Shown: positions 8,519 to 15,620 of the stretch, one piece after another
Layout: each line of letters opens with the position of its first letter
Position numbering within the stretch: position 1 is the first letter of the stretch
Source: Patescibacteria group bacterium
GTDB lineage: Bacteria; Patescibacteriota; Patescibacteriia; 2-01-FULL-39-33
Assembly: GCA_041649575.1 (NCBI GenBank)
Contig: JBAZMW010000002.1
Span: 180,001 to 212,000, forward strand
Reading direction: 5' to 3'
DNA length: 32,000 nucleotides
Notes under the pieces: generated by a model
Told to the model about the DNA's origin: nothing
Database searches by the model: none
Seen by the model: the letters and a program-made list of their open reading frames with translations, nothing else
Program-made: the position numbers and the translations under genes

Positions 8519-8722
8519 GGTTCATTTCCTCGAGACCCGAACTGGTCATTTGGGTCTCACCGCTCCGGTGGGGAAGCGAAACCAGCGCCTTCGCTTCCCC
8601 TCTGGCTTAACCAAAGCACCTTGGTAGCACTTCCCGGGTCTACTGAAAGCCGCATCCAGGCAAGCATTAGACCCGTTCCCGCTGTGGCGGCCGATGGCAT
8701 CAGTCATCAGCCGTCCTTTTTG
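8519..8722 (+). ncRNA. Candidate structured non-coding RNA (about 200 nt)
   Basis: Promoter just upstream; perfect stems GAGACCC/GGGTCTC, CACCG/CGGTG, GGGGAAGCGAA/TTCGCTTCCCC, ACCAA/TTGGT, CGGGTCTA/TAGACCCG; 3' hairpin 8688-8713 followed by TCCTTTTT. Confidence 0.5.
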
Positions 8723-8723
8723 T

Positions 8724-8732
8724 TTATCCACA
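8724..8732 (+). promoter_or_regulatory. DnaA box consensus match TTATCCACA
   Basis: Exact match to TTATNCACA. Confidence 0.35.
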
Positions 8733-8833
8733 GTTAAATATTTATAACCAAAGAAATCTTTGCTATAATAAAATCACATTGGACATGGGGCTTGTCAAAT
8801 GGCCCTGCAACCAGTCCGAACGGAGAACGAGCC

Positions 8834-8917
8834 ATGAGAACAAAGACAACGAAGCGAGCAGCAGTGGGCGTGATGGTCGATGGCACCGGCGGAACAGCGT
8901 ACTTGGCGACGTCCTGA
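8834..8917 (+). CDS. Tiny ORF, 27 aa
   Basis: Hand translation MRTKTTKRAAVGVMVDGTGGTAYLATS*; GGAG upstream; enclosed by a 9-bp long-range inverted repeat. Confidence 0.35.
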   Translation: MRTKTTKRAAVGVMVDGTGGTAYLATS

Positions 8918-9068
8918 CCTAACGAGAACGGTCGGACTGGGCGTCAAAGAAGTTCTCCGAGACGCTTGACTCAACCCAAGCGTCTCGCCGCACCTTAACT
9001 CTCCTCGGAGAGTTGTGACTATAGGTTTTCACGCTTTGACAAAGCGTGGACATCCCCCTAAGGTGAGC

Positions 9069-9102
9069 AGTCGGTTGCTGACAGGTAGCCGACTCTCTTT
9101 TT
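9069..9102 (+). terminator. Rho-independent terminator
   Basis: AGTCGGTTGC-TGACAG-GTAGCCGACT (two wobbles) then CTCTTTTT. Confidence 0.8.
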
Positions 9103-9119
9103 GTTTTTAAAAAATTTAG

Positions 9120-9128
9120 TTATCCACA
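9120..9128 (+). promoter_or_regulatory. DnaA box consensus match TTATCCACA
   Basis: Exact match to TTATNCACA, about 400 bp from the first and in the same orientation. Confidence 0.35.
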
Positions 9129-9158
9129 GGTACTATTTATTTCTTTAAAAAATAGTTA

Positions 9159-9164
9159 TATAAT
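9159..9164 (+). promoter_or_regulatory. -10 box upstream of the secreted protein gene
   Basis: TATAAT; ORF 9163 starts inside it, arguing for a downstream start codon. Confidence 0.45.
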
Positions 9165-9253
9165 GAAAGTGCGGAAGGTATTTACGATAGCGTACAACCG
9201 AAGCAGGCCATCGGCCAAACGATCGGCCAAACGAAAGAAAGGTGGGACGGAAG

Positions 9254-9745
9254 ATGAGAAAGTTCGTGTTTTGTACGGTAGTACTGGCGTTCGCGTTTGT
9301 GATGATTCCGGCGACGAATACTCCGGCATACGCGACGCAACTCGATCAAGGCAAGGCAGTGGCGACGGCTCCGACGACGATGGGGACGACGCAGCAGGAC
9401 GTGCAGACGGCGATGAAGAGCAACCTGGTCCTCGACGGCACCGGGCAGAAAGTCGCTGAAGTGATGAAGGCGCCGACTCTTGACTCCGGACGAGTGATTG
9501 CGCAGACGGCGACGACGAAGACGGCACGCGAAGAGCAGACGAAGATCACGGCGAAGAGTGACACGGTTGTAACGGCGAAGATCGAAGCGCAAGGCATGGG
9601 CGAGCAGATGGCAGCGGCTGGCGAAGATGACGCTGGCACGATCATCGTGGCGACGAAGAGTGACACCTATGCGACGAGAATCGAGGGCCGTATCGCTCAC
9701 GACGCGGACGCGACCTTCAATGCGAACGTTCTGATCATCGGCTAA
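9254..9745 (+). CDS. Predicted secreted protein, Ala/Thr rich, no recognised family
   Basis: Start at 9254 (or 9242) gives a classical signal peptide MRKFVFCTVVLAFAFVMIPATNTPAYA-TQ; followed by a terminator. Strong high-GC codon bias compared with neighbouring genes. Confidence 0.65.
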   Translation: MRKFVFCTVVLAFAFVMIPATNTPAYATQLDQGKAVATAPTTMGTTQQDVQTAMKSNLVLDGTGQKVAEVMKAPTLDSGRVIAQTATTKTAREEQTKITAKSDTVVTAKIEAQGMGEQMAAAGEDDAGTIIVATKSDTYATRIEGRIAHDADATFNANVLIIG

Positions 9746-9835
9746 CCACGCGGGCAGCGCCGAAAGTCAGAACGAGTAGTACCTTGGATACACAACCGAT
9801 ACCGGCCAACAGTCGGATCGGCCACCTCCAGAGTT

Positions 9836-9869
9836 GGGTCAGCTGGCAACGGCGACCCTCTCTTTTTTT
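9836..9869 (+). terminator. Rho-independent terminator after the secreted protein gene
   Basis: GGGTC...GACCC stem followed by TCTCTTTTTTT. Confidence 0.7.
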
Positions 9870-9982
9870 GTTTTGAAAAAATTTGCCAAAATTTTATAAA
9901 TTTTTTATACTATAAGCAAGCGGTTCCTGCTGTGGGAACCGTGCACATTGGGTCAACGGGTCAACCGGAGGGTACAAGCAAT

Positions 9983-10033
9983 ATGAAAAAGGAAATGAGA
10001 GCGCAGGGTTTGGTCGTGGCGAAATGGAAGTAG
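9983..10033 (+). CDS. Tiny ORF, 16 aa
   Basis: Strong SD GGAGGG upstream of ATG; translation MKKEMRAQGLVVAKWK*; followed by a 10-bp GC-rich hairpin. Confidence 0.35.
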   Translation: MKKEMRAQGLVVAKWK

Positions 10034-10195
10034 GCTAGACCGTAGCAAGGCAACTTAGCGTTGTTGGGCGGAGGCCCCAACTAACAGTGGGCCTCCGCTG
10101 AATCTTTCCCTCGCTTGAGCGGGGTGCTGGTATATCCTTCTCTGAAGGGGTTCCCCCGTTGGGAAGTGTTGCCCATTCAACGCCTCCTGACCGCA

Positions 10196-10242
10196 CAGGC
10201 TGCAATTTGTCGCAAGACGAAGGGCAGCCTGAATTATTTTTT
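10196..10242 (+). terminator. Rho-independent terminator with internal GCAA tetraloop
   Basis: CAGGCTGC..TTGTC-GCAA-GACGA..GCAGCCTG followed by AATTATTTTTT. Confidence 0.7.
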
Positions 10243-10267
10243 GCTATACTTAATTTATACTGAATTT

Positions 10268-11143
10268 ATGAGAGCAGCCAAATTTTACAAAAAATCAGGG
10301 GCTAATGTTAAATGTCAGCTTTGTCGGCATTTTTGTCTGATTGCCCCAGCCAAGTTCGGCCTCTGCGGCATGAGGAAGAATATCGACGGCCGGCTTTATT
10401 CTCTTAATTACGGTAAAATCATTGCCAGCCAGATTGACCCGATCGAAAAAAAACCGCTCTATCATTTTTTGCCAGGCAGTTTTGCTTATTCTTTGGCTTG
10501 CCCCGGCTGTAATTTTAAATGCCTTAATTGCCAAAATTCCGATCTTTCCCAAATCACCCCGGCTTTACAAAAGGCCGTTGATTCTTTGCCGGAAACCAGG
10601 CCGGAAGAGATTGTCGAGGCGGCCTGGGAAAACAATTGCCCGTCAATCGCTTATACCTATACCGAGCCCACCATTTTTGCCGAGTTTGCTCTCGACTGCA
10701 TGGAGCTGGCCAGAGACAGTAATCTAAAAAATATCTGGGTTTCCAATGGCTATCTGTCGCCCGGTTGTCTGGAGGCCATCAGCCCCTATCTTGACGCCAT
10801 TAATATTGATTTGAAATTTTTTAGCGATAAAAATTATCAAAAAATTTGCGGCGCTCGCCTAAAACCAGTCTTGGATAATCTGGTTGCTTTTAAAACAGCC
10901 AAAATTCATTTGGAAATCACCACTTTAATCATTCCCTCACTTAATGATAGCGATGAAGAGTTAACCGCTCTGGCAGAGTTTATTTATCAAAAATTGGGCG
11001 ACGACACGCCCTGGCATCTGGGCGCCTTTCACCCCGCTTACAAATTAAAAAATTTACCGGCTACGCCGACAGAAACCATCAAGCGGGCCCAGGCAATCGG
11101 GAAAAATATCGGCCTGAAATATGTTTATCCGGGAAATGTTTGA
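10268..11143 (+). CDS. amrS: AmmeMemoRadiSam-type radical SAM enzyme
   Basis: KCQLCRHFCLIAPAKFGLCGMRKN; radical SAM motif CPGCNFKCLNCQN; LDAINIDLKFF; PWHLGAFHP. ORF track start 10115 would run through the upstream terminator, so 10268 is preferred. Confidence 0.85.
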   Translation: MRAAKFYKKSGANVKCQLCRHFCLIAPAKFGLCGMRKNIDGRLYSLNYGKIIASQIDPIEKKPLYHFLPGSFAYSLACPGCNFKCLNCQNSDLSQITPALQKAVDSLPETRPEEIVEAAWENNCPSIAYTYTEPTIFAEFALDCMELARDSNLKNIWVSNGYLSPGCLEAISPYLDAINIDLKFFSDKNYQKICGARLKPVLDNLVAFKTAKIHLEITTLIIPSLNDSDEELTALAEFIYQKLGDDTPWHLGAFHPAYKLKNLPATPTETIKRAQAIGKNIGLKYVYPGNV

Positions 11144-11239
11144 CTCTAATTTAAACCGGATTGTTTTTTTGGCTGTCTTAACGCCTGAATTTTTGTTATA
11201 ATGATTTATGGTGCATGAAAGATTAGTAAACAAAATTAA

Positions 11240-12595
11240 ATGAGAAAAAACTACCAATTAGCGGTATTATTTTGTTTTTTGCTTTTTTTGCTTTTACCCT
11301 TTACGGTTGGGGCGGCCGATTTCGATCCCGATTATCTGATTTCTGATACCGAATTGGCCAATCACAATTCTTTGGACCTGTCTGATATTCAAAGATTTTT
11401 GGACAAAAGAAATGGCACGCTCAAGGGTTATGTCACCCTTGATAAAGAAGGCAACCTAAAAACCGCCGTCCAGGCTTTTTTCGAGGTGGCGCAGAAGTGG
11501 CTGATCAACCCCAAATATTTGTTGGTGTTGGTACAAAAAGAGCAAAGCTTACTCGAAGATACCAATCCCTCCCAGGGCCAATATGACCGCGCTACCGGTT
11601 ATGGTTGTCCCGATACCGGCGGTTGCGACGACCGCTGGAAGGGCTTCTATCGCCAGGTAAATTCCGCCGCGGCTCAAACCCGCTATTATCTGGACAATAT
11701 TAATGAGTTTACTTATCAGCCGGGAAAGGCCTATAATATTGACGGGCAGTCTGTCACTCCCAAAAACACCGCCACCGCCGGTTTGTACAATTATACCCCC
11801 CATCTTCACGGCAATCAGAATTTCTGGAACCTTTGGAACCAGTATTTTGGCAAAAAATGGCCTAATGGCGCCCTGTTGCAAGCCGAAGGCGACGCTAGCA
11901 AGGTTTATTTGATTGAAAACGAAGAAAAACGCGAAATTATATCCAAAGCGGTTTTTGCCTCCCGCTTCGACAGTAAAAAAATAATCACTGTCGGCCAGGA
12001 AGATCTGGATTCTTATGACTCTGGCGTGCCCATAAAATACCTCAATTTTTCCCTGCTTAAAAGCAGCCGCGGCGACATTTACATGATCGTTGACGACCAA
12101 AAAAGAAAAATTGCCAGTCAGGAAGTTTTCAAAAAAATCGGTTTTATGGAAGATGAGGTGATTCCGGCGGATGACAGCGAGCTGGGCCTTTATAAAGACG
12201 GTCCCGAGATTACCAGCTATACCCTTTATCCCGCCGGGACGCTTTTGCAAGACAGCCAGACTAAACAAATTTTTTATGTCATCAGCGGCAAGAAGCGGCC
12301 AATAATCAATAAAGAAATCCTGGCTTTTAATTTTAACGGCTTGCCGGTCAAAAAAGTTTCTCCCGTCGAACTGGAATCGTACCGCTCTGGCAATCCCGTC
12401 ACCTTGCCCGATGGTGAACTGGTCAAAATCAAGGGAGCCAATACGGTTTACGTGATTTCCAATGGCAAACGTCTGCCGATTTTCAACGCCAAGATTTTCG
12501 AAAAAATGAATTATAAATGGACTAACGTCAAAACCGTTTCCAAAGAGACCCTGGAAGTTCATGAGCTGGGTCAAACCATCACCGGCGATTGGTAA
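11240..12595 (+). CDS. Secreted protein with lysozyme-like N-terminal region and four C-terminal repeats
   Basis: Signal peptide LAVLFCFLLFLLLPFTVGAA; NPKYLLVLVQKEQSLLED region; four about 55-60 aa repeats (YLIENEEKREIISK, YMIVDDQKRKIAS, FYVISGKKRPIINK, VYVISNGKRLPIFN). Confidence 0.75.
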   Translation: MRKNYQLAVLFCFLLFLLLPFTVGAADFDPDYLISDTELANHNSLDLSDIQRFLDKRNGTLKGYVTLDKEGNLKTAVQAFFEVAQKWLINPKYLLVLVQKEQSLLEDTNPSQGQYDRATGYGCPDTGGCDDRWKGFYRQVNSAAAQTRYYLDNINEFTYQPGKAYNIDGQSVTPKNTATAGLYNYTPHLHGNQNFWNLWNQYFGKKWPNGALLQAEGDASKVYLIENEEKREIISKAVFASRFDSKKIITVGQEDLDSYDSGVPIKYLNFSLLKSSRGDIYMIVDDQKRKIASQEVFKKIGFMEDEVIPADDSELGLYKDGPEITSYTLYPAGTLLQDSQTKQIFYVISGKKRPIINKEILAFNFNGLPVKKVSPVELESYRSGNPVTLPDGELVKIKGANTVYVISNGKRLPIFNAKIFEKMNYKWTNVKTVSKETLEVHELGQTITGDW

Positions 12596-12624
12596 AGATT
12601 GCTATCTAAATTAATCAAAAACAT

Positions 12625-13416
12625 ATGTCTCTAGTTTTCGCGGCCATTGTGCCGCATCCGCCAATTCTCATACCCACCATTGGCAAAGAAAATTTGGAAA
12701 AGATACAAAAAACCCAAAAAGCCATGGAGCGTTTGGAGCAAGACCTTTATGCTTCCAAACCAGACATTCTAATCATAATTTCCCCTCATGGCGAAGTTCA
12801 GCATGATTTTTTTACCATCAACTTGTCTAATCAGTACCAAATTAGTTTTAACGACTTCGGCGATTTTGCCACCAAATTAGAAACCGGTGGCGACACTATC
12901 CTTATCTCGGTCAATAAAGAAAAAATCAACAGCCGCTCCCCTATCAATATTATTTCCGAGCCTAACTTGGACCACGGAATTGGCGTCCCTTTTTATTATT
13001 TGGGCCAACACCTCAAGGAAACCAAGCTGATCCCGATTTATTTTTCTTTGCTGGATAATTTGGCTCATTTGGAATTCGGCAAAAATCTGAAAGAGGCCAT
13101 TATGGGCACCGAAAAAAGAGTGGCCGTGGTGGCTTCCGGCGATTTGTCGCACTGCCTGACCGAAAACGCGCCAGCGCCTTTTAGTCCGGCTGGCAAAGAA
13201 TTTGATGAAAAATTAATCGCTTTGCTCAAAAATGGCGATACCCAGGGGGTGATTAATCTGGAACCAAAATTCATCGAAAGCGCCGCCGAATGCGGCCTGC
13301 GTTCGATTTTAATTCTTTTGGGAGTTTTGAATAACATTAGCTTTCAATCGGAAATCTTGAGTTATGAGGCGCCTTTCGGCGTCGGCTACCTGGTGGCGAA
13401 TTTCAAATTGGAATAA
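12625..13416 (+). CDS. Memo-like / class III extradiol dioxygenase LigB-like protein
   Basis: FAAIVPHPPILIPTIGKE, IIISPHGEVQHD, EPNLDHGIGVPFYYL, AVVASGDLSHCLTENAP, CGLRSILILLG, YEAPFGVGYLVA. Confidence 0.8.
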   Translation: MSLVFAAIVPHPPILIPTIGKENLEKIQKTQKAMERLEQDLYASKPDILIIISPHGEVQHDFFTINLSNQYQISFNDFGDFATKLETGGDTILISVNKEKINSRSPINIISEPNLDHGIGVPFYYLGQHLKETKLIPIYFSLLDNLAHLEFGKNLKEAIMGTEKRVAVVASGDLSHCLTENAPAPFSPAGKEFDEKLIALLKNGDTQGVINLEPKFIESAAECGLRSILILLGVLNNISFQSEILSYEAPFGVGYLVANFKLE

Positions 13417-13430
13417 AGATTAATTTTTTA

Positions 13431-13457
13431 AAACCGCCCTCGTTGGCGGTTTTTTTA
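13431..13457. terminator. Bidirectional terminator between convergent genes
   Basis: AAACCGCC-CTCGTT-GGCGGTTT with poly-A upstream and poly-T downstream. Confidence 0.8.
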
Positions 13458-13769
13458 TTTGTCTGCCAGTACTTTAAAAAAATATTTCCACCTCTCTTTT
13501 TGCGCCAGTTCCTTGGTCTCGTTTAAGGCTCTCTCTATTATAATCTGGTTATTTTCTTTGCAAACCTTAAAAACAGAATTCCGCTTAAAAGCCGGCACGC
13601 CCAGCTCCTTGATTATTTTTAGAGCCAGTTCTTGCCATTGGTAAGCGGGCGGCTTTTTTGACTGCCGATTGGTAAAAATATCACTTAATGATTGAAGTCC
13701 TTTATTGTCTTTCATACCTAAGGAATTGTAATGGGATTTCTTTAAAAAGTTAAGAGGTGCGAAAATCAA
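13455..13769 (-). CDS. Hypothetical protein (about 85-104 aa)
   Basis: Open frame; the likely start is the internal Met of MKDNKGLQSLSDIFTNRQ. Confidence 0.6.
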   Translation of the reverse strand: MIFAPLNFLKKSHYNSLGMKDNKGLQSLSDIFTNRQSKKPPAYQWQELALKIIKELGVPAFKRNSVFKVCKENNQIIIERALNETKELAQKERWKYFFKVLADK

Positions 13770-13854
13770 GTAATATTTTGCACCTCGTTTTTATTTAAAA
13801 AAATTGACAAAACTTAGTATAAATTAATATAATATAAAAAACTTAAATAAATTC

Positions 13855-14313
13855 ATGCTTCAAATACTAACCAATCCCAATCCAATTTTGCGCCAAAAAT
13901 CAGTCTTGGTCGCCGATTTTACTAATGAAGAAGTCCAGAAACTGGTGCCGGAAATGGCCGAGACTATGCTCAAAAAAGACGGGCTCGGTCTGGCCGCGCC
14001 ACAAATTGGTAAAAATATCAGATTGATAGTAGTGAGCCATAAGGATGGTGTTTTGGCTCTGTTTAACCCAAAAATTATTAAAAAATCTTGGTTTAAAGAA
14101 TGGGGCGAAGAGGGTTGTTTGTCTCTGCCGGATAAATACGGCGAAGTCAAACGTCATAAGAATATAACTGTAAAATTCGATGATACCACAGGCAAATCAG
14201 AATGTTTGGAAGCCAAGGGTTTATTGGCCAGAGTAATTCAGCATGAAATCGACCACTTGGACGGAGTTTTGTTTATTGATAAAGCTAGAAAAATCGTAAA
14301 TATCGACAAATAA
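13855..14313 (+). CDS. def: Peptide deformylase
   Basis: GLGLAAPQIG, EGCLSLP, QHEIDHLDGVLF. Confidence 0.95.
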   Translation: MLQILTNPNPILRQKSVLVADFTNEEVQKLVPEMAETMLKKDGLGLAAPQIGKNIRLIVVSHKDGVLALFNPKIIKKSWFKEWGEEGCLSLPDKYGEVKRHKNITVKFDDTTGKSECLEAKGLLARVIQHEIDHLDGVLFIDKARKIVNIDK

Positions 14314-14347
14314 AACACGAAGAACGGGCACCGGTTGGCACCCGTTC
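14313..14347 (-). terminator. Rho-independent terminator for ORF 14379..14579
   Basis: Minus strand GAACGGGTGCC-AACC-GGTGCCCGTTC then TTCGTGTTTTA. Confidence 0.75.
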
Positions 14348-14378
14348 GGTTCCACAGAACAAACTCACGTCGCCTTGA

Positions 14379-14579
14379 TCACGCTGGCTCCAGCAGTCTG
14401 AAGCATATCATCATGCCGATGAAGCAACAGGCCGCCACAACCATTAAGCGCTCGATTCTCCTTTCCCAACCATGCCTCATGTTTTCATAGACGAGTGGGA
14501 TCGCAAAGCCGGAGAATAAGCCAATTAGGCCAAGAACCACCATGACCACTAGCAATGCACCGTGATATGCGGTAAACAT
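14379..14579 (-). CDS. Small two-TM membrane protein (66 aa)
   Basis: MFTAYHGALLVVMVVLGLIGLFSGFAIPLVYENMRHGWERRIERLMVVAACCFIGMMICFRLLEPA; SD AGGAGGG 8 nt before ATG 14579. Confidence 0.75.
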   Translation of the reverse strand: MFTAYHGALLVVMVVLGLIGLFSGFAIPLVYENMRHGWERRIERLMVVAACCFIGMMICFRLLEPA

Positions 14580-14621
14580 GTCCAAGACCCTCCTGTGTCT
14601 GTTGAAATTGTGCTTGTCAAA

Positions 14622-14650
14622 AACATACCATTAAAATTTACAAATGTCAA
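14622..14650 (-). promoter_or_regulatory. Sigma70-like promoter for the small membrane protein
   Basis: TTGACA-N17-TATGTT on the minus strand; the -35 overlaps the fmt start codon at 14644. Confidence 0.65.
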
Positions 14651-15582
14651 AAACAAAAATCATCTTTGCCGGCACGCCGGAATTCGCCGTGCCGTTTTTA
14701 AAAGCTCTGACCGAAGACTCCGATTTTGAAATTATTGGCGTCATTACTCAACCTGATAAGCCTTCCGGCCGAAAACAAGAATTTGTCCCCTCACCTATCA
14801 AACAACTGGCTCTGAAACTTGGTTTAAAAATTTGGCAACCAGGCAGTGTTAAGAATAATCCCGAGTTAGAAAAAGAATTAAAACAAGTTAGTCCGGATTT
14901 ATTAGTAGTAGTCGCCTTCGGTCAAATTATTCCGCAAGAAATTTTGGACTTAGCCAAATTTGGCAATATTAATGTCCACCCCTCTCTTTTACCCAAATAC
15001 CGCGGGGCTTCTCCGGTTCAGAGTGCCATTTTGACCGGCGAAACAAAGACGGGTGTCACTATCATGCTGATGGACCAAAAAATGGATCACGGGCCAATTT
15101 TGAGCCAAAAAACCCTACTCCTTAATAGCGAAGAAACCAATCAATCCCTACACCAGGCCTTGGCAGAGCTGGGGGTGCCGCTTTTACTGACCACCATCAA
15201 AGGCTTTTTGGGGGGTAAAATTAAGCCCCAGGAACAAAATCACGAGTCAGCCACTTTTTGCCAGACCATAACCAAAGACAGTGCCAAAATTGATTGGTCC
15301 AACGCGGCAATTGAGATCAAAAGAAAAATTTATGCTTTTTATCCCTGGCCAGGCGTTTGGGCTATTTGGGGTGGCAAGAGGATCAAGTTTTTTCCGCCAG
15401 CAGAAATCGTCAATGATTCAAAAAAACCGGGTGAAATTTTTTTGTCTGGAGACGGCTTAGCTGTTGGTTGTGGCCAAGGGTCGTTGAAAATTTCCAAGTT
15501 GCAACTGGAAGGCAAAAAAGAAATGACCGCCCAAGAGTTTTTGCGCGGCTATAACAAAGTTGTTGGTGAAATTCTAAAATAA
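14644..15582 (+). CDS. fmt: Methionyl-tRNA formyltransferase
   Basis: KIIFAGTPEFAVPFLKAL, NVHPSLLPKYRGASPVQSAILTGETKTGVTIMLMDQKMDHGPI, YPWPGVWA. Confidence 0.95.
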   Translation: MSKTKIIFAGTPEFAVPFLKALTEDSDFEIIGVITQPDKPSGRKQEFVPSPIKQLALKLGLKIWQPGSVKNNPELEKELKQVSPDLLVVVAFGQIIPQEILDLAKFGNINVHPSLLPKYRGASPVQSAILTGETKTGVTIMLMDQKMDHGPILSQKTLLLNSEETNQSLHQALAELGVPLLLTTIKGFLGGKIKPQEQNHESATFCQTITKDSAKIDWSNAAIEIKRKIYAFYPWPGVWAIWGGKRIKFFPPAEIVNDSKKPGEIFLSGDGLAVGCGQGSLKISKLQLEGKKEMTAQEFLRGYNKVVGEILK

Positions 15583-15620
15583 AACTACGGCTTCCGATGA
15601 TTTATAATATACTATCTAAG

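Larger units (their letters stand above)
8764..9102 (+). ncRNA. Candidate structured transcript containing a 27-aa ORF
   Basis: Extended -10 TGC-TATAAT at 8761-8769; long-range CCAGTCCGA/TCGGACTGG around the ORF; hairpins GAGACGCTT/AAGCGTCTC, AACTCTC/GAGAGTT, CACGCTTT/AAAGCGTG; terminator at 9069-9102. Confidence 0.45.
9906..10242 (+). ncRNA. Candidate structured transcript containing a 16-aa ORF
   Basis: -10 TATACT at 9906; hairpins CGGTTCC/GGAACCG (9921-9941), GCGGAGGCCC/GGGCCTCCGC (10068-10098), and a terminator at 10196-10242. Confidence 0.4.

Noticed and set aside
8546-8731. 61-aa minus ORF (MDKQKGRLMTDAIGRHSG...)
   Set aside because: The region is almost fully hairpin-structured with a plus-strand promoter and terminator; no SD or family recognised. 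An RNA gene is the better explanation, though the ORF is not formally excluded.
9156-9700. Overlapping ORFs 9156..9527(-), 9163..9459(+), 9182..9700(-), 9346..9666(-)
   Set aside because: High-GC shadow frames of the secreted protein gene; ORF 9163 begins inside the -10 box.
10115-10267. N-terminal extension of the radical SAM ORF (MSGVLVYPSLKG...)
   Set aside because: It would translate through a T-tract terminator hairpin; the family-like N-terminus begins near 10268.
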